A stretch of 63,344 bases of DNA, counting the filler, from Sphacelaria rigidula (taxonomy: Eukaryota), in assembly GCA_964200075.2 (NCBI GenBank). It is 8 parts of 8 records of this genome, joined end to end, with 100 filler letters (N's around TTAATTAATTAA, not from the genome) between each part and the next. Parts side by side here need not be neighbours in the genome. Positions count along the whole stretch, not along the records: positions 1 to 7,832 come from CAXNAA020013319.1; positions 7,933 to 15,763 come from CAXNAA020013320.1; 6 more parts are not named here. One strand, given 5' to 3'. Under the pieces are notes generated by a model that was given only the letters and a program-made list of their open reading frames with translations, made no database searches and was not told where the DNA came from. Of the stretch, positions 1-10,901 are shown one piece after another. The stretch's first letter is position 1, and every line of letters starts with the position of its first letter. The position numbers and the translations under genes were made by a program.

Positions 1-59
1 TCCCTTTTGGGCAATCAGGCCGAAGAAATCGTGAAATTGGTGATTTCGAGTCGTTATGA

Positions 60-700
60 TTCGTCCTGACCGTGGAATATATATATATATATATGTACAT
101 GTATTGGGGGCAATGCTGCGGTAGGGGTGCACTTTATGCCCACAACCTTGTCTGGTTCAGGGGCTCCCCACGATTCTAGATGCATGAGAATATGGGTCAG
201 GGCATCCCCGTTCGCAACTCCATTCGGAATATCCCCAGCCCATTGAAACAGTAATCCTAGCGTACTGTCACATATCTCATAAGTCGTGTTTTGGATGAGG
301 TAAAAGGCTCCCCACACTTCTAGCCTCAGAAAATATCCGTGCACCCCTACCGTAGCATCACTCTCGGACTGATAAATTTGGGCGTTGTGCAGTTCGTCTT
401 ATCCGTGAACGTCCCACAATATTCCCCTTTTGGCTTAGCATACCCATACCACACCGACGTTTGAAACGTACGAAGAAATCGCATTCCGGTTACTCTCCTC
501 TACATCTCACCTGTCTTGAGAGCGTCGGGGCTAATGTTGTGCGGGTCGTTCGGAGGTGGGGTAAATGTGACGGGAAAGTAGCACGCGGTGGCATCGAACA
601 CCGCCTCGCACGTCTCTTCCAAAACCCGAGGGTCGAAGCTTTGCTGAGTTTGTCGCAATGCTGAAAGCCCCACGATGAGACACCTGCGGGAAAGAGCAAT
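60..700 (-). mobile_element. Decayed retroelement gag-like coding fragment (copy 1)
   Basis: Peptide HGYFLRLEVWGAFYLIQNTTYEICDSTLGLLFQWAGDIPNGVANGDALTHILMHLESWGAPEPDK is clearly homologous to 34104-34382 on an unrelated contig. It is intronless and disrupted. The gag assignment is inference. Confidence 0.5.
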
Positions 701-761
701 AGGGTAGGCGGCCGTGCACGTTATAAATCCTGCGTCGTCCTTGCTATTGTCGAAACAAATC

Positions 762-968
762 CAAGGGCATGTCGAGTAGAGTATACTAAATTTGCGGGGT
801 ATTTTGAAAGACGTACGTGGGGGTACTCAAGTCGGGGTAGAGTGTTGGGAGTCGTACCCAAAAAATAGCTAGGAAGCGATTCTTGAAATTCTACCCCCAA
901 TTTGTGTACTTCAAGTACGACTTTCAAAATACCCCGCAATTGAGTATACTCTACTCGACTTACCCTTG
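762..968. mobile_element. Hairpin MITE-like element with ~80-bp imperfect inverted repeats
   Basis: 762-842 (caagggcatgtcgagtagagtatactaaatttgcggggtattttgaaag...) is the near reverse complement of 889-968 (...ctttcaaaataccccgcaattgagtatactctactcgacttacccttg). Confidence 0.75.
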
Positions 969-1430
969 AACGAATCAGAAGAAACGGCCGCACGAATGCC
1001 CACCAGGAATTATCACGTATCGACATGTCGGGTAAGTACATATAGAAATACACAAACGAGTATCAATTGATACGAAAAATGTACCGTAAAACATTAGGCT
1101 ATATATATATAGATATAGATATATAGATCACGTTGCTCACCACACCAAGCCAACGTCCATGCTCATCATCTGACTATCTCTATCCCGTAAAATTGCTCGG
1201 CTATGGATATTTGGTCGCTTGAGGATAACGGTTTCAGTGAGGGTGCCATAGTCGGATTCATTAGAAAGATACAACGCGGACGATGCCAGCGCAAACCAAA
1301 AAAAGTTTTTTTTCTGTTTAATAAGGGAATCCAAATATGTACCCAGTTCTGTCTCTTTTATTTTCAAATTAAACTATGAGGCAGTCATATATTAGCACCT
1401 CGTATATCTTCCCGATTCTGTGTGAATCGG

Positions 1431-1839
1431 TGATGATTCCTTGACAGACACTCGTGGGAAATTGACCCTTTTATGTGATGGTACCCACATCACCCTCCTC
1501 TTTCATGAACCTCTTGGAGGTTCAGTAGGAGTAACCTTTTACGCCGGCTGGCGGTTGGAACCTTGCATTTTAATTCTCAAATCTACGACGTGTGTCGCTT
1601 TATCCAACCAACAATCGTCGCAGGAGATTTTCCGTGAGTTTCGCAACTCTGCTGCAGAGGGTATCCATCATTTTGTTCTTGGCTCCCACCCTTTTTTTTT
1701 ATGGGATCCGGGACTTGAACCGGGGACCTTCTGTTCGTGATGCGTACGAGCTATCTCATCATGTCGTCAATGTGAAAAGATGATTCCTTGACAAACACTT
1801 GTGAGAATTTGTCCCCTCTATGTGGTGGTCCCCACATCT
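1431..1839. repeat. ~60-bp direct repeat pair (1431-1491, 1779-1839) enclosing a minus-strand tRNA-like remnant (~1702-1760)
   Basis: gatgattccttgacaRacactYgtgRgaaWttgWcccYtYtatgtgRtggtMcccacatc occurs twice. The minus strand between them carries a B-box-like GGTTCAAGTCC. Confidence 0.6.
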
Positions 1840-1897
1840 GCTTTCGTTCCTTATCGACCGATTTTGGACACACGAAGACCCGCGGCAAGTTAAAAAC

Positions 1898-2992
1898 ATA
1901 TACGAGCTGGGCCGGCCAACAATGATTTTTGAACGAAGAGTGGAGATGCGATTGATTGGCAATTCGAAGAGTTAGGCGCTGAAATTTTATCACGACATTT
2001 TCTTACCATGAATCCGTGCAACCCTCTAAGTGGAGTAGAGGAAAACCAAAAACCAAAAACAGGAAGTGAGAGCAAGTTGAGGTTTCAGCAAAGACAGTAA
2101 ATATGCTAGGACACAACCGAGCTCATGATCTCTACGGGAAAACAGGTGTGAAAACAAACCCCAAGAGAGCAGAAAAAAACGAAAGACTGAACAGCTGTTC
2201 CCATGAAAACAAAGAAACAGTATCGGCTGCACAGGTAGTGGGCGTTTCGATACCTTAAAAATTGATAAAAACGATGACAACGCTCCAACACACACGGGCA
2301 CTCGCGTCAACCACATCCTGGTTAAGTTCCAGCCAAAAATACCTCATATTGGGCTTCGCGTCGCACTTTTCGTGTGATAGAGCTGCCCCCCGGTGGTCAA
2401 ACTGATACAACAGCCTCAAATTACACAGGTCACGAGTTCGAATCCCGACACAACAAAAACTTCTTGTGTGCATAATCTAATCGTGCATAATATCTCGTAC
2501 CTCCGGCTTGCAAAGGGTCTGGATATTTTGGTGACGGTCTTGCTCCTGGGGGCGGTATAGCGCAATTTCAAGCAGTACTTCTCCATCGTGCGGTGATATA
2601 CGACAGTTGGCTCAGAGGTTCTCTCCCATGATGGAGCTTATGACTAGCTTGATGCTATTTTACAGCACTACCAGTGCGCTTTTACCTGGGCATGTCGGGT
2701 GTGCGTATGCCTATGCGGCGCAACGGTCTATCATCGTAATTCCAACGCATTCTGTGAAACGAAACTTCGACAGACACGCTACCATGCAACCACGACAGAC
2801 GTACCCGGTGCTCACTGCAGTACGAAAACAATCATCGTCAAAACTGGGCCAATCAAGCAGCGGCGGTGCCGTGTGTTACCAGGTTCGTCTGCAGCATACA
2901 GCGATATGCTCAAGTCGCGCTGATTTGGGAAACTTGAGAAGTTGTGGTGTGGAAAGAGAATGTAGAATTTACTGCCGGCCCAGCTCGTATAT
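1898..2992. mobile_element. Non-autonomous Tc1/mariner-like element, ~1.1 kb
   Basis: Perfect 19-bp inverted repeat atatacgagctgggccggc (1898-1916) / gccggcccagctcgtatat (2974-2992), with TA at both ends. A related end, ggctggcccagctcgta, lies at ~41008-41024. No transposase ORF. Confidence 0.65.
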
Positions 2993-3160
2993 CTAAATAT
3001 ATAGTTACAAGGGTTCGGCAGCTAACGCCGCCACGCTCAATGGGTCGACAGCCAACAAGCATGTCAACTGGTGCTAGTAGCGAGAGAAGACAAACCTGAC
3101 CGTGTAAAGGTGTAGAGGTGAATGATAAAGCCGCATAGCCTATGGTGTAAAACTATTATA

Positions 3161-5018
3161 CCACACCCTGGACAATAGACGGCATCTATTGCAATAGCAA
3201 TAAAATCTGCTGCAGTAGATGTCAATATTGCCGTCCGTAATGGCCATCGATCGGCAAGTTTCTCTTTCTGTTGTCGTCGGCAATGTCTATCGATAGACCA
3301 GCTTCCCACACTTTTGTGCGGGCAGCAGCCTGTTGTGGCCCTATACCGAAATCTATTGCGGCCGACCAAATCCATCGATCGATGGTTCCCAAATATTTTG
3401 ATGACGGCAATGGCTAATGATAGACTGCGTGCCAAATCTATTGATGAGGACGATTTCTATTGACAGATTGTGCACCAAATCTGTTGATGACCGGAATCGC
3501 TTTTGATACGTTGCGTACAAAATCTATGCATGGCGGCAATGAAAATCGACAGATATATACCAGAATCTACTATGGTATACAATGTCTACCAAAAGATTTT
3601 CCCTGCCGTCTATTGCCATACCTACATCACAACATACTACGTATAAAGCATATTGTACTCCGTTACAGTACGGTAGAGAAGCCGCAGGTGGGCATGCAGT
3701 GGGTATGTGACGATACTACGTGTGAATATATGACGTCACCTTTCTACCATTTGGGAACGCTTGTATTTTGTAGGAATCCGCTATATGTGTGGACAAAATG
3801 TTTCAAGTTTTGCTGTTGGTGTGTTGTTGGTACTTATGGTTGTCTCTCTTGGACATGAGCGCTCACTGTGTGTGGGTGAAAAGTGCTTATACCCTGGACA
3901 AAAGACTATGTAATAGATCATTGACACTGCAATAGCCCGGAAAATTTGACTGTCAATGTTCATTGTCAGTCATGATCGACTGGCATCAATGTCTACTGAT
4001 AGCTATTGTAGGCGACAAAAGATTCGGGACAAGGGCCAGAATGTATCATTGCCGTGACAACGGAGGGGCCAAGTTATTTATCGATGCATTTCATTTGTCG
4101 CAATAGGCGCTGAATTGCGACCCCCAATGTATATTGCTAATCACAGTAAGATCTGCCACGCGGCCACCAGTACAAATTCTTGGCCGCAATAGGATATAAA
4201 TTGCGCCCACCAATGTCTATTGAGGGTCACAATATCATCTGAATCGCGGTCATCAATGTATATCGCTGGTCAGAACGCAATTTGAATCGCGGCCACCAAT
4301 ATCTATTGCTGACCAAATAAGTAGCTGAATGGCGTTGATCACTAGTGCTATGTATGCACATTTTTCTAGGTATGTTTCCACCTTATTCCACAGAAGCTAT
4401 GGCCAGCTATCGCCTCAGGTAGTTTTGTGCTCATGTGTGAGGAGTATTGCCGTTGATGTCATAAACCACTGCAGTGAGCAATACATATTTCAAAACCTAT
4501 CGTTGGTGTCACTGGCTGTCAATAGGTGCTCCCGAGAACAACCGATTGTTGACGGCAATGACCATATTGATGAATACCCAAAAGTGTATTGTTGGCGGCA
4601 GAGGCTACCGATACACGGCTTACCAAATATATTGATGACGGTAATTGGTACAGATAGATGCTCCCCTAATCCACTGATGACGGCAATGACTATCGATAGA
4701 TGGCTCACCTATCTATTGATAACGGCAATGACTCTCGATGGGTGGCTCGTCAAACCTATTGATTACGGCAATGGCTATCGATGTATACATCCCAGAATTT
4801 ATTGCAGTACACGATTTCCATCGATGGCGAGTGATTTTCATCTATTGCAATTGCCAAAGGCTATCGATCGACTAGCGCAACATCTATTGTCCCTTGCGAT
4901 ACATATAAATAGATGTGTTTCACCATCTATCGTATTCGACAAAATATGTCGATAGGTCTTCCCCAGTGTCTGTTGCTGAAGCAAAAAGCTATTTTTGTGT
5001 CCATTGTCCAGAGTGTGG
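3161..5018. mobile_element. TIR element with CACAC termini and degenerate ~41-43-bp internal minisatellites (CACTA/foldback-like, non-autonomous)
   Basis: ccacaccctggacaatagac (3161-3180) vs gtccattgtccagagtgtgg (4999-5018), 18/20 as inverted repeats. A second left end, accctggacaa, is at 3891. Internal arrays of ccaaatctattgatgacggcaatggctatcgataga-like units (3370-3590, 4540-4960) and gaattgcggccaccaatgtctattg-like units (4110-4350). Confidence 0.6.
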
Positions 5019-5304
5019 AAACTACACCGTCCTGTGTTTGCTTCAGAGTGTCGTTAGTCCCTCAGCCGTCATTATACCGTAGGTCATCTAGGTCGCGCAC
5101 TAACTTTTCAAGTGAAAGTGATGCCCATTCCAAATCATGCGCACCGGTATCTGAGCGCACCAGCGAGCAATCCCCGCTTTACTCCCCGGGAAAGTACCTC
5201 GTACTGTAGGACAGAGCAGTAGGGTGAATGAAGTACGGCACTCTAATACAGCGCACGTGGGTGTAGACAGTACTCGTATACTGTACGAGTAGCAGTACAG
5301 CACA

Positions 5305-5485
5305 GTGCGTGTGTGGTGTGGTGTGGTGTGGTGTGTGTGTGTGTGTGTGTGCACGCGCGTTGTCATCCCATCTATTCAGGACGCTAGTCTCCACCTTTCG
5401 CCAACAACGACATACATCCTCCCCTATGTACGCTTTCGCAGCAGTAGTCCAGGTCCTTTCAGGGCAGGGCTGCCATGCCTCGATA
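5305..5485 (-). mobile_element. 3' remnant of a LINE (RTE-like) with (CA)n/(CACAC)n tail
   Basis: The minus strand ends gactagcgtcctgaatagatgggatgacaac plus CA repeats, the same tail as the SINE copies, but the upstream body differs (WTTAAK...WRKVE-like decayed coding). Confidence 0.55.
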
Positions 5486-5787
5486 GTATTGTGATGCTGC
5501 ACGCATGTCGCATCGTCTCAACTGCACCCCCTCTTCTACTATCTACGCCGTTACTCTCCCGTAAAAACATTTGGAAATATTTCATCAACAGCTGGATACA
5601 CCGGCAAGAAACAGTCAGCGTGCCATCGCTCAACACTGAACACACAGTCTACTTTTAGGGCACGAATGGCACACCTCGAGCGTGTTTCGATAAGATCTTT
5701 GCACGCATCCCGCATCACCTCAACCGTACCTTTTTCTACTGCCTCCGTACTGCTGCTGCTCCTCTACTCTGAGATACAGTGCAACTG

Positions 5788-6775
5788 GAACATGATGCCC
5801 ATTTTAATTTCGAAACGAGAATGATGCCGGTTTACACAAGTGAAGAACAGTCGAGATATACATGATACCTCCGTGCGTGGGAGGGTCCCTCGAGACGTGG
5901 AGAGACGAAATACGAAAAACGGAATGCATCGAGACGCCATTGCACCATGCAGAACACAGCGCGGAGAGCGCATGTACTCCAAGCCCGAGCGAAAAAAGAA
6001 AGCACCCTTATGTCCGGCGAAGTGTAAGCGAACTGACCAATAATACTGAGAAGTATATCGGCGAAAAACGGTAGTCTGAAATCAAGCAAAGACAAAATGC
6101 GAGCTTCCGAGCGCTTGACAGCAGAATGGCACCTGCCTGCAGGATAGCAATTTGGAGTTGAAGACAGGAGTGACTACACGAGTATCGAGCAGAACATGAT
6201 GCCTATTCAATTTTCACGTGAAAAATGATGCCGGTGCCACAAGTCAAGAACGATCGAGACAGACGATATCTCCGAGTGTCCGAGGGTCCGTTGAGAGGTG
6301 GATAAAACCAGTAGACTTCAACACTTGGTAATTGACAGATAGTTCTCGGAATTTTCCGGTTTGTGGACGGGTGCAGTATTGGATTTTAGTGTGGACACCG
6401 AAATCCAGATCGTTGGAGGGGGCTATGCTCCTGGCGTGCTCCTAGCGTACGCAGAACGCGTTTTTGTATAAATCGGCGCCCCAGGCGCCGATTTGAGGTC
6501 TGGCAACACACACTTCGCCTGGGAAACACGTTGCACCCCCCTTGCCCGAGGGTTCTCGGTATGTCTTCGTTGAAATTGGGGTTAGGGTTGGGGTTAGGGT
6601 TAGTGTTATTCCAAATGCATCAGCACCTGCACAAACCATAAATTTCCGACAAATATCTGTCAACTACCAAGTGGTGAAGTCACCTCGACGAAACACACTG
6701 CAAGGGACGCATCGAAACGCCATATCGACATGCAGAACGCAGCGCGAGAAGTAAGTGTGCTCCAACCCCAGCGGA
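5788..6775. repeat. Diverged ~400-bp tandem duplication interrupted by a MITE
   Basis: 5788-5905 resembles 6192-6310, and 5905-5990 resembles 6688-6772; the second unit is split by the 6314-6681 insertion. Confidence 0.6.
6314..6681. mobile_element. MITE with ~60-bp TIRs and internal telomere-like (GGGTTA)n
   Basis: gacttcaacacttggtaattgacagatagttctcggaatttt... vs the reverse complement of ...aaatttccgacaaatatctgtcaactaccaagtggtgaagtc. ggggttagggttggggttagggttag at 6578-6603. The core is similar to 50384-50555. Confidence 0.8.
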
Positions 6776-6819
6776 GACAGGACGCATCTAAGTGTCCAGC
6801 GAAATGCGAGCGAAATGTA

Positions 6820-6905
6820 GTTGATTGATTGATTGTCGCACCTAAAATGATCCATTTCCCAGTGATCCAGCTGTGGTCCCATGATATGTCTACCGAGAGA
6901 TATCC
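6820..6905 (-). mobile_element. 3' end of non-LTR retroelement with (CAAT)n tail
   Basis: The minus strand reads atcatgggaccacagctgga...gtgcgacaatcaatcaatc, the same as the plus-strand copy at 23440-23556. Confidence 0.6.
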
Positions 6906-7637
6906 GCAAGAAATGCGCACTCCAGAAATGCAGTAGTGGGCGGTCTAACTATTCGTTTTGTGGCATTTTGTGATTTTTTCGTAATAGGTGATTTTCTTGG
7001 GCTCTTTTTGCTTACCACCGCGTATCACGTTGATGATCTCAAGATATTCGTATCCGCTCCAGATTCCAAAAATACAAAATCATCTGTACTCAATATTGAG
7101 TTACTTACGGACTAACCGATCATCGGGGGACCTGCCACTGTTTCAGCCCAGATTATTACTCTTCGGTATTTTCGGTCGATCGAGCCTGTCCCGATCACAT
7201 ATATGAAGAAATGCCAAGCTTTATTTTTTCGAAATCTTATCTACTCATTGCACTAGAGCCAAAAACCTATGTTTCAAGGTCAATAGCACCAACCAACACT
7301 GACTTGGGCACTTTGTTTTGAGGATGATCTCTTTATTGTACCAAAATCTACGGACGCTAGCAAATTCGAGTTCTATCGAGGAGTAGTACGCGAGGAAAAC
7401 CACAAAAACACCTCCGCATAGGTAGACCGCCCACTACTGTAAGTAAAGCCGACGCGCTGCCCTGCGGACATGTAAATGACACATATCTGCAGGTGAGATA
7501 TTTCATGCAAATGATAACTGCTACACATGTTATGTTATTTTCTTCAAGTACCTTGCTCGGACGTAGCTTTATTTTTTCCTTCACTATAAAAATCAGTGAA
7601 AATAAATAAAAACATGGAAAAATAGATGAGCGGGTAC

Positions 7638-7770
7638 CTCGGATCCTTCTCTCCGTTAAGGGCTTGTACCAGGCCGCTAACGAAGGCAGTCCCCATCCCC
7701 GAAGACAACGCCTTCGTCAGTCCGGGGTCCGAAACGAGGGCGAGCAGCACAGACAAGGCGGCCTTCTCAG
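7638..7770 (-). CDS. MMS19: Internal exon (partial) of MMS19 / cytosolic Fe-S assembly component
   Basis: Translation ...MGTAFVSGLVQALNGEKDPR matches the conserved MMS19 N-terminal motif F..G.i..mdGEKDPRnL. GT donor at 7637-7636. The 5' boundary is lost in the poly-G run at the contig end. Confidence 0.8.
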
Positions 7771-7811
<41 letters not shown>

Positions 7812-7832
7812 ACAAGACCCAACACAAAACCA

Positions 7833-7932
7833 NNNNNNNNNNNNNNNNNNNNNNNNNNNNNNNNNNNNNNNNNNNNTTAATTAATTAANNNNNNNNNNNN
7901 NNNNNNNNNNNNNNNNNNNNNNNNNNNNNNNN
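7833..7932. other. Artificial contig-joining spacer (44 N + TTAATTAATTAA + 44 N); identical spacers at 15764-15863, 23695-23794, 31625-31724, 39555-39654, 47485-47584, 55415-55514
   Basis: Seven identical 100-bp spacers with a six-frame-stop linker. Segment lengths run 7832, 7831, 7831, then 7830, i.e. contigs sorted by length. Confidence 0.98.
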
Positions 7933-9629
7933 CTAGTCCCGCTTCCAAATAACGGGGGGACGTTTCGCAACAACGCCGGTTACCTCTTCAATGCAGCTCT
8001 ACCGCTTCCCCCCCCCCCACAAAACCACCTCCTTATCGGAATTATTTTCATCGCTGAGACTTCCGCAGCACTCACCACCAACCATTTCTTCCCTTTCTAT
8101 CAACCCTTCAGGAGGCGGAGCTGACAATTCGTGTCAACGTGTTCGCATCGGAGACTTATTTTCTTCAAGTTGGGGTTTGATTGCAGCGACGGTCCTATCG
8201 TAAAGATCCGCAAACGCCCGGTAGTCACACAAGAATCAACTTCATCACGGCGGACATCGACACGAGTCGGTCGCGCCGGTACAAAAATCGCAACTCGGAT
8301 TACGACATATACAGGAAGCAAGAGCCAGTTAATTTGTTTTCATAGCCGTGGCGGCATATTAAAGCAAAATGGGCCAAGGTCTGCCCGTTGTCAACGCTAA
8401 ACAAACCTCAGGCTTTAACCAACAGCCATTTTTCCCCTCACTATTTTTCCCACGCACTGAAAACACCTACTATAGTCCGAGCCATGATTTTCCCAGATGT
8501 CCGACATAAAATGTGTAGTTATCCACTGCGAGGACGTTTTCCGTGGGGGGCGTCCTCATCAGGACCTCGCGGGCGCTTCGGCTGCACTGACGTCAGCATC
8601 GATGGAGAGGGCGTGGCGTTCCTCTGCGCGAACAAAAAACGGTTGCACCCACGAATGGAATATGACAAGTGGGTGGAGGGTGAGTCACCACATCAATCGA
8701 TATCAGGAACAAAATCGACCGGCCCGGCACGACAGGGGCCGCGGCGTGCCCCTCGTGGCCGGCGTAACTGTAACACAGGAAAGGAACTCTTCATTCTTTG
8801 GTTTGATAGACAACAGTGCAAGATGAATACCGTTGCAAGAGACGGTACGTCATGACTCAAAAGACAAACCTCCAGAGGAGATTTGAGAGTGTAAAACTGT
8901 GCCGCATGCTCAAATATGAAGAACCCAAGATGGACCACCAATCATCTCGTGTGACCCTGACTAGATTCGCCGCGAATCGAGTAACGCTCGACAATCAACC
9001 GATTCACCAACCATCTAGCAGTCACTTGAAAGGGCGCGATAAAATAATGGCGGATGTGCTCCGCAGCACATCGAACAAGACACGGAGACAAATCATCATC
9101 CACCCAACACAAAATAGTACATAGAACACGACCGAAGGGGGAAAGGGGGAGGAGCATACTCCAAGGTCCGGGAAACACCATCAACTAGCACAGGGAATGA
9201 TCACTGTTGAACTAGACTGTGCAGTTTTTGATGTGTCTACTAAGACGACACGAGCCAATGATTCTACAAGGCGAGGGAGGGGGGAGGGAGGGGTTCCAGA
9301 TGGTCTTGATCAAGTATCGTCAACTTGACAAGGCATCACCTGACGCAAGGATGCACGCTATGTACACAAGCGTTTCACTTTTTCATCACATCCATAAACT
9401 GCGTTATTTGTAGCGGAAAAATGTACACCCTCCGCGCACCCTACTGTGGGACTGCTCATTTGACAGAAGGAAAGACAGCTTGCCCCAACGCAAAATTCGA
9501 CAACAGAGGTCCAAACTAGCTGTCATGTGGTCACAGGAGTCAAAATCTAATAATTGGTTTTACCGGCGACCTTATTGAGAGTGGTATAAATGTTCACATG
9601 AAAAAAAAAAAAGTTGAGACGTGGCGAGG

Positions 9630-10080
9630 GCGCTCAGGCCATCTTTTGTGGCAACCAATCTCGATTTGCACTGCTGTGAGGATTTCGGTCCGCCTACAGG
9701 AGATTTTCTCCCGTGGATTGATCTTCGGAAAACCACGCCAACTCCCCGATCCTCTGGGCATTGAGTTTTGATTCATCACCTCCCTGCTCGAATCGGAACA
9801 CTCCCGCATCTCCCCCGATTTTTTTCAAAAAAATCGGGAAAAAATCGGGGGGGGGGATGCGGGAGTGTCCCGATTTGAGCAGAAAGATGAGGAACCGAAA
9901 GTGAACGCCCAGAGAATCGGAGTACTTATCGGGTTCTAGCCAACCGAAGAACATTGTCTAACGGATGGGGGTCCAAAAAATCAATCCACGGGGGGAAATC
10001 GCCTGTAGACGGACTGAAATCCTCATATTTGTACGAATCGAGATTTATTTCCACAAACGATGGCCTCAGGAGTGGCATGG
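9630..10080. mobile_element. ~450-bp foldback/MITE (long imperfect palindrome)
   Basis: 9630-9735 is the near reverse complement of 9965-10080, also visible as similar peptides KINPR..I.CRRTEIL...IEI..HKRWP on opposite strands. Inner arms gaatcggaacactcccgcatc / gatgcgggagtgtcccgatttg, centre near 9835. Confidence 0.8.
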
Positions 10081-10901
10081 TTTCAAAAATCCATCCCCTT
10101 TTCATCAGTATGGATCGTCAGCAGGTTTTCCTACCTCGACACTCCAACGGTAGCAAAAAAAAACGTCATGAGTGATTCGAACGGTGAGATGCAGCAAAAC
10201 AGGGAGGTATCTTGTAGCTCACGGTGTGTATAACACCCCCGAGCCCTGACTCTTCGCGTCCCATAAATGATAATCACCGAGGGGTAGTATGTCTGGGGTG
10301 ATATTCAGCGTAAACCCGTACACCACCGCCGGTGCCCGTATTGTGCCAAAAATTCGAGATTACAAGATCTCCCGCCATCGCACACCAATACGCGGCGGAC
10401 TGAAATTGCTCATTTTGTGAAATCCTCCGAGTCATTACCCAAAGTTGCGACGGATGAAGAATCAGGCCGTTGTTTGTCTTGATTTTAGTCGGGAAAAGCT
10501 GCCACATTAGTATCCTCGTGGGGGGTCATATCTTGCCTACGATCTAGCGATGTCGAGAGCCCCACTCGAGTCACGCCACGCACGGTAGGCGTTGCAGACG
10601 TAGCGGCTCAGGTTTCTCACCCAGGGGCTCCCGCAGTTAGGAGCGCGACAAGAATGAAATGACATGCTTCCAACAATTCATACGTGAGAAATGTTTTGTG
10701 CACCTCTACTGTGGCACCACTTTAACACCATGAGTGGGTTTGTTCGAAAGCTACGATCAGAGGCTTACCGAACACTCGAACACTTTTGGCCAGAGGATCC
10801 AGGACTATTCCGAAATCAGGAAAACCTGGATTTTGGAACAACTCGACGTGTAAATCTTACCCTGGAATCCGACTAGATCTAGACCCTTCCACCGAGAGGT
10901 G

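Noticed and set aside
4329..4955. 208-aa ORF
   Set aside because: It is a translation of the minisatellite array (recurrent LMTAM.IDR) with no splice or domain evidence.
7773..7809. Poly-Gly/Pro coding tracts from long C/G runs (also 30076-30129, 31802-31828)
   Set aside because: These are homopolymer runs of unreliable length, often at contig ends.
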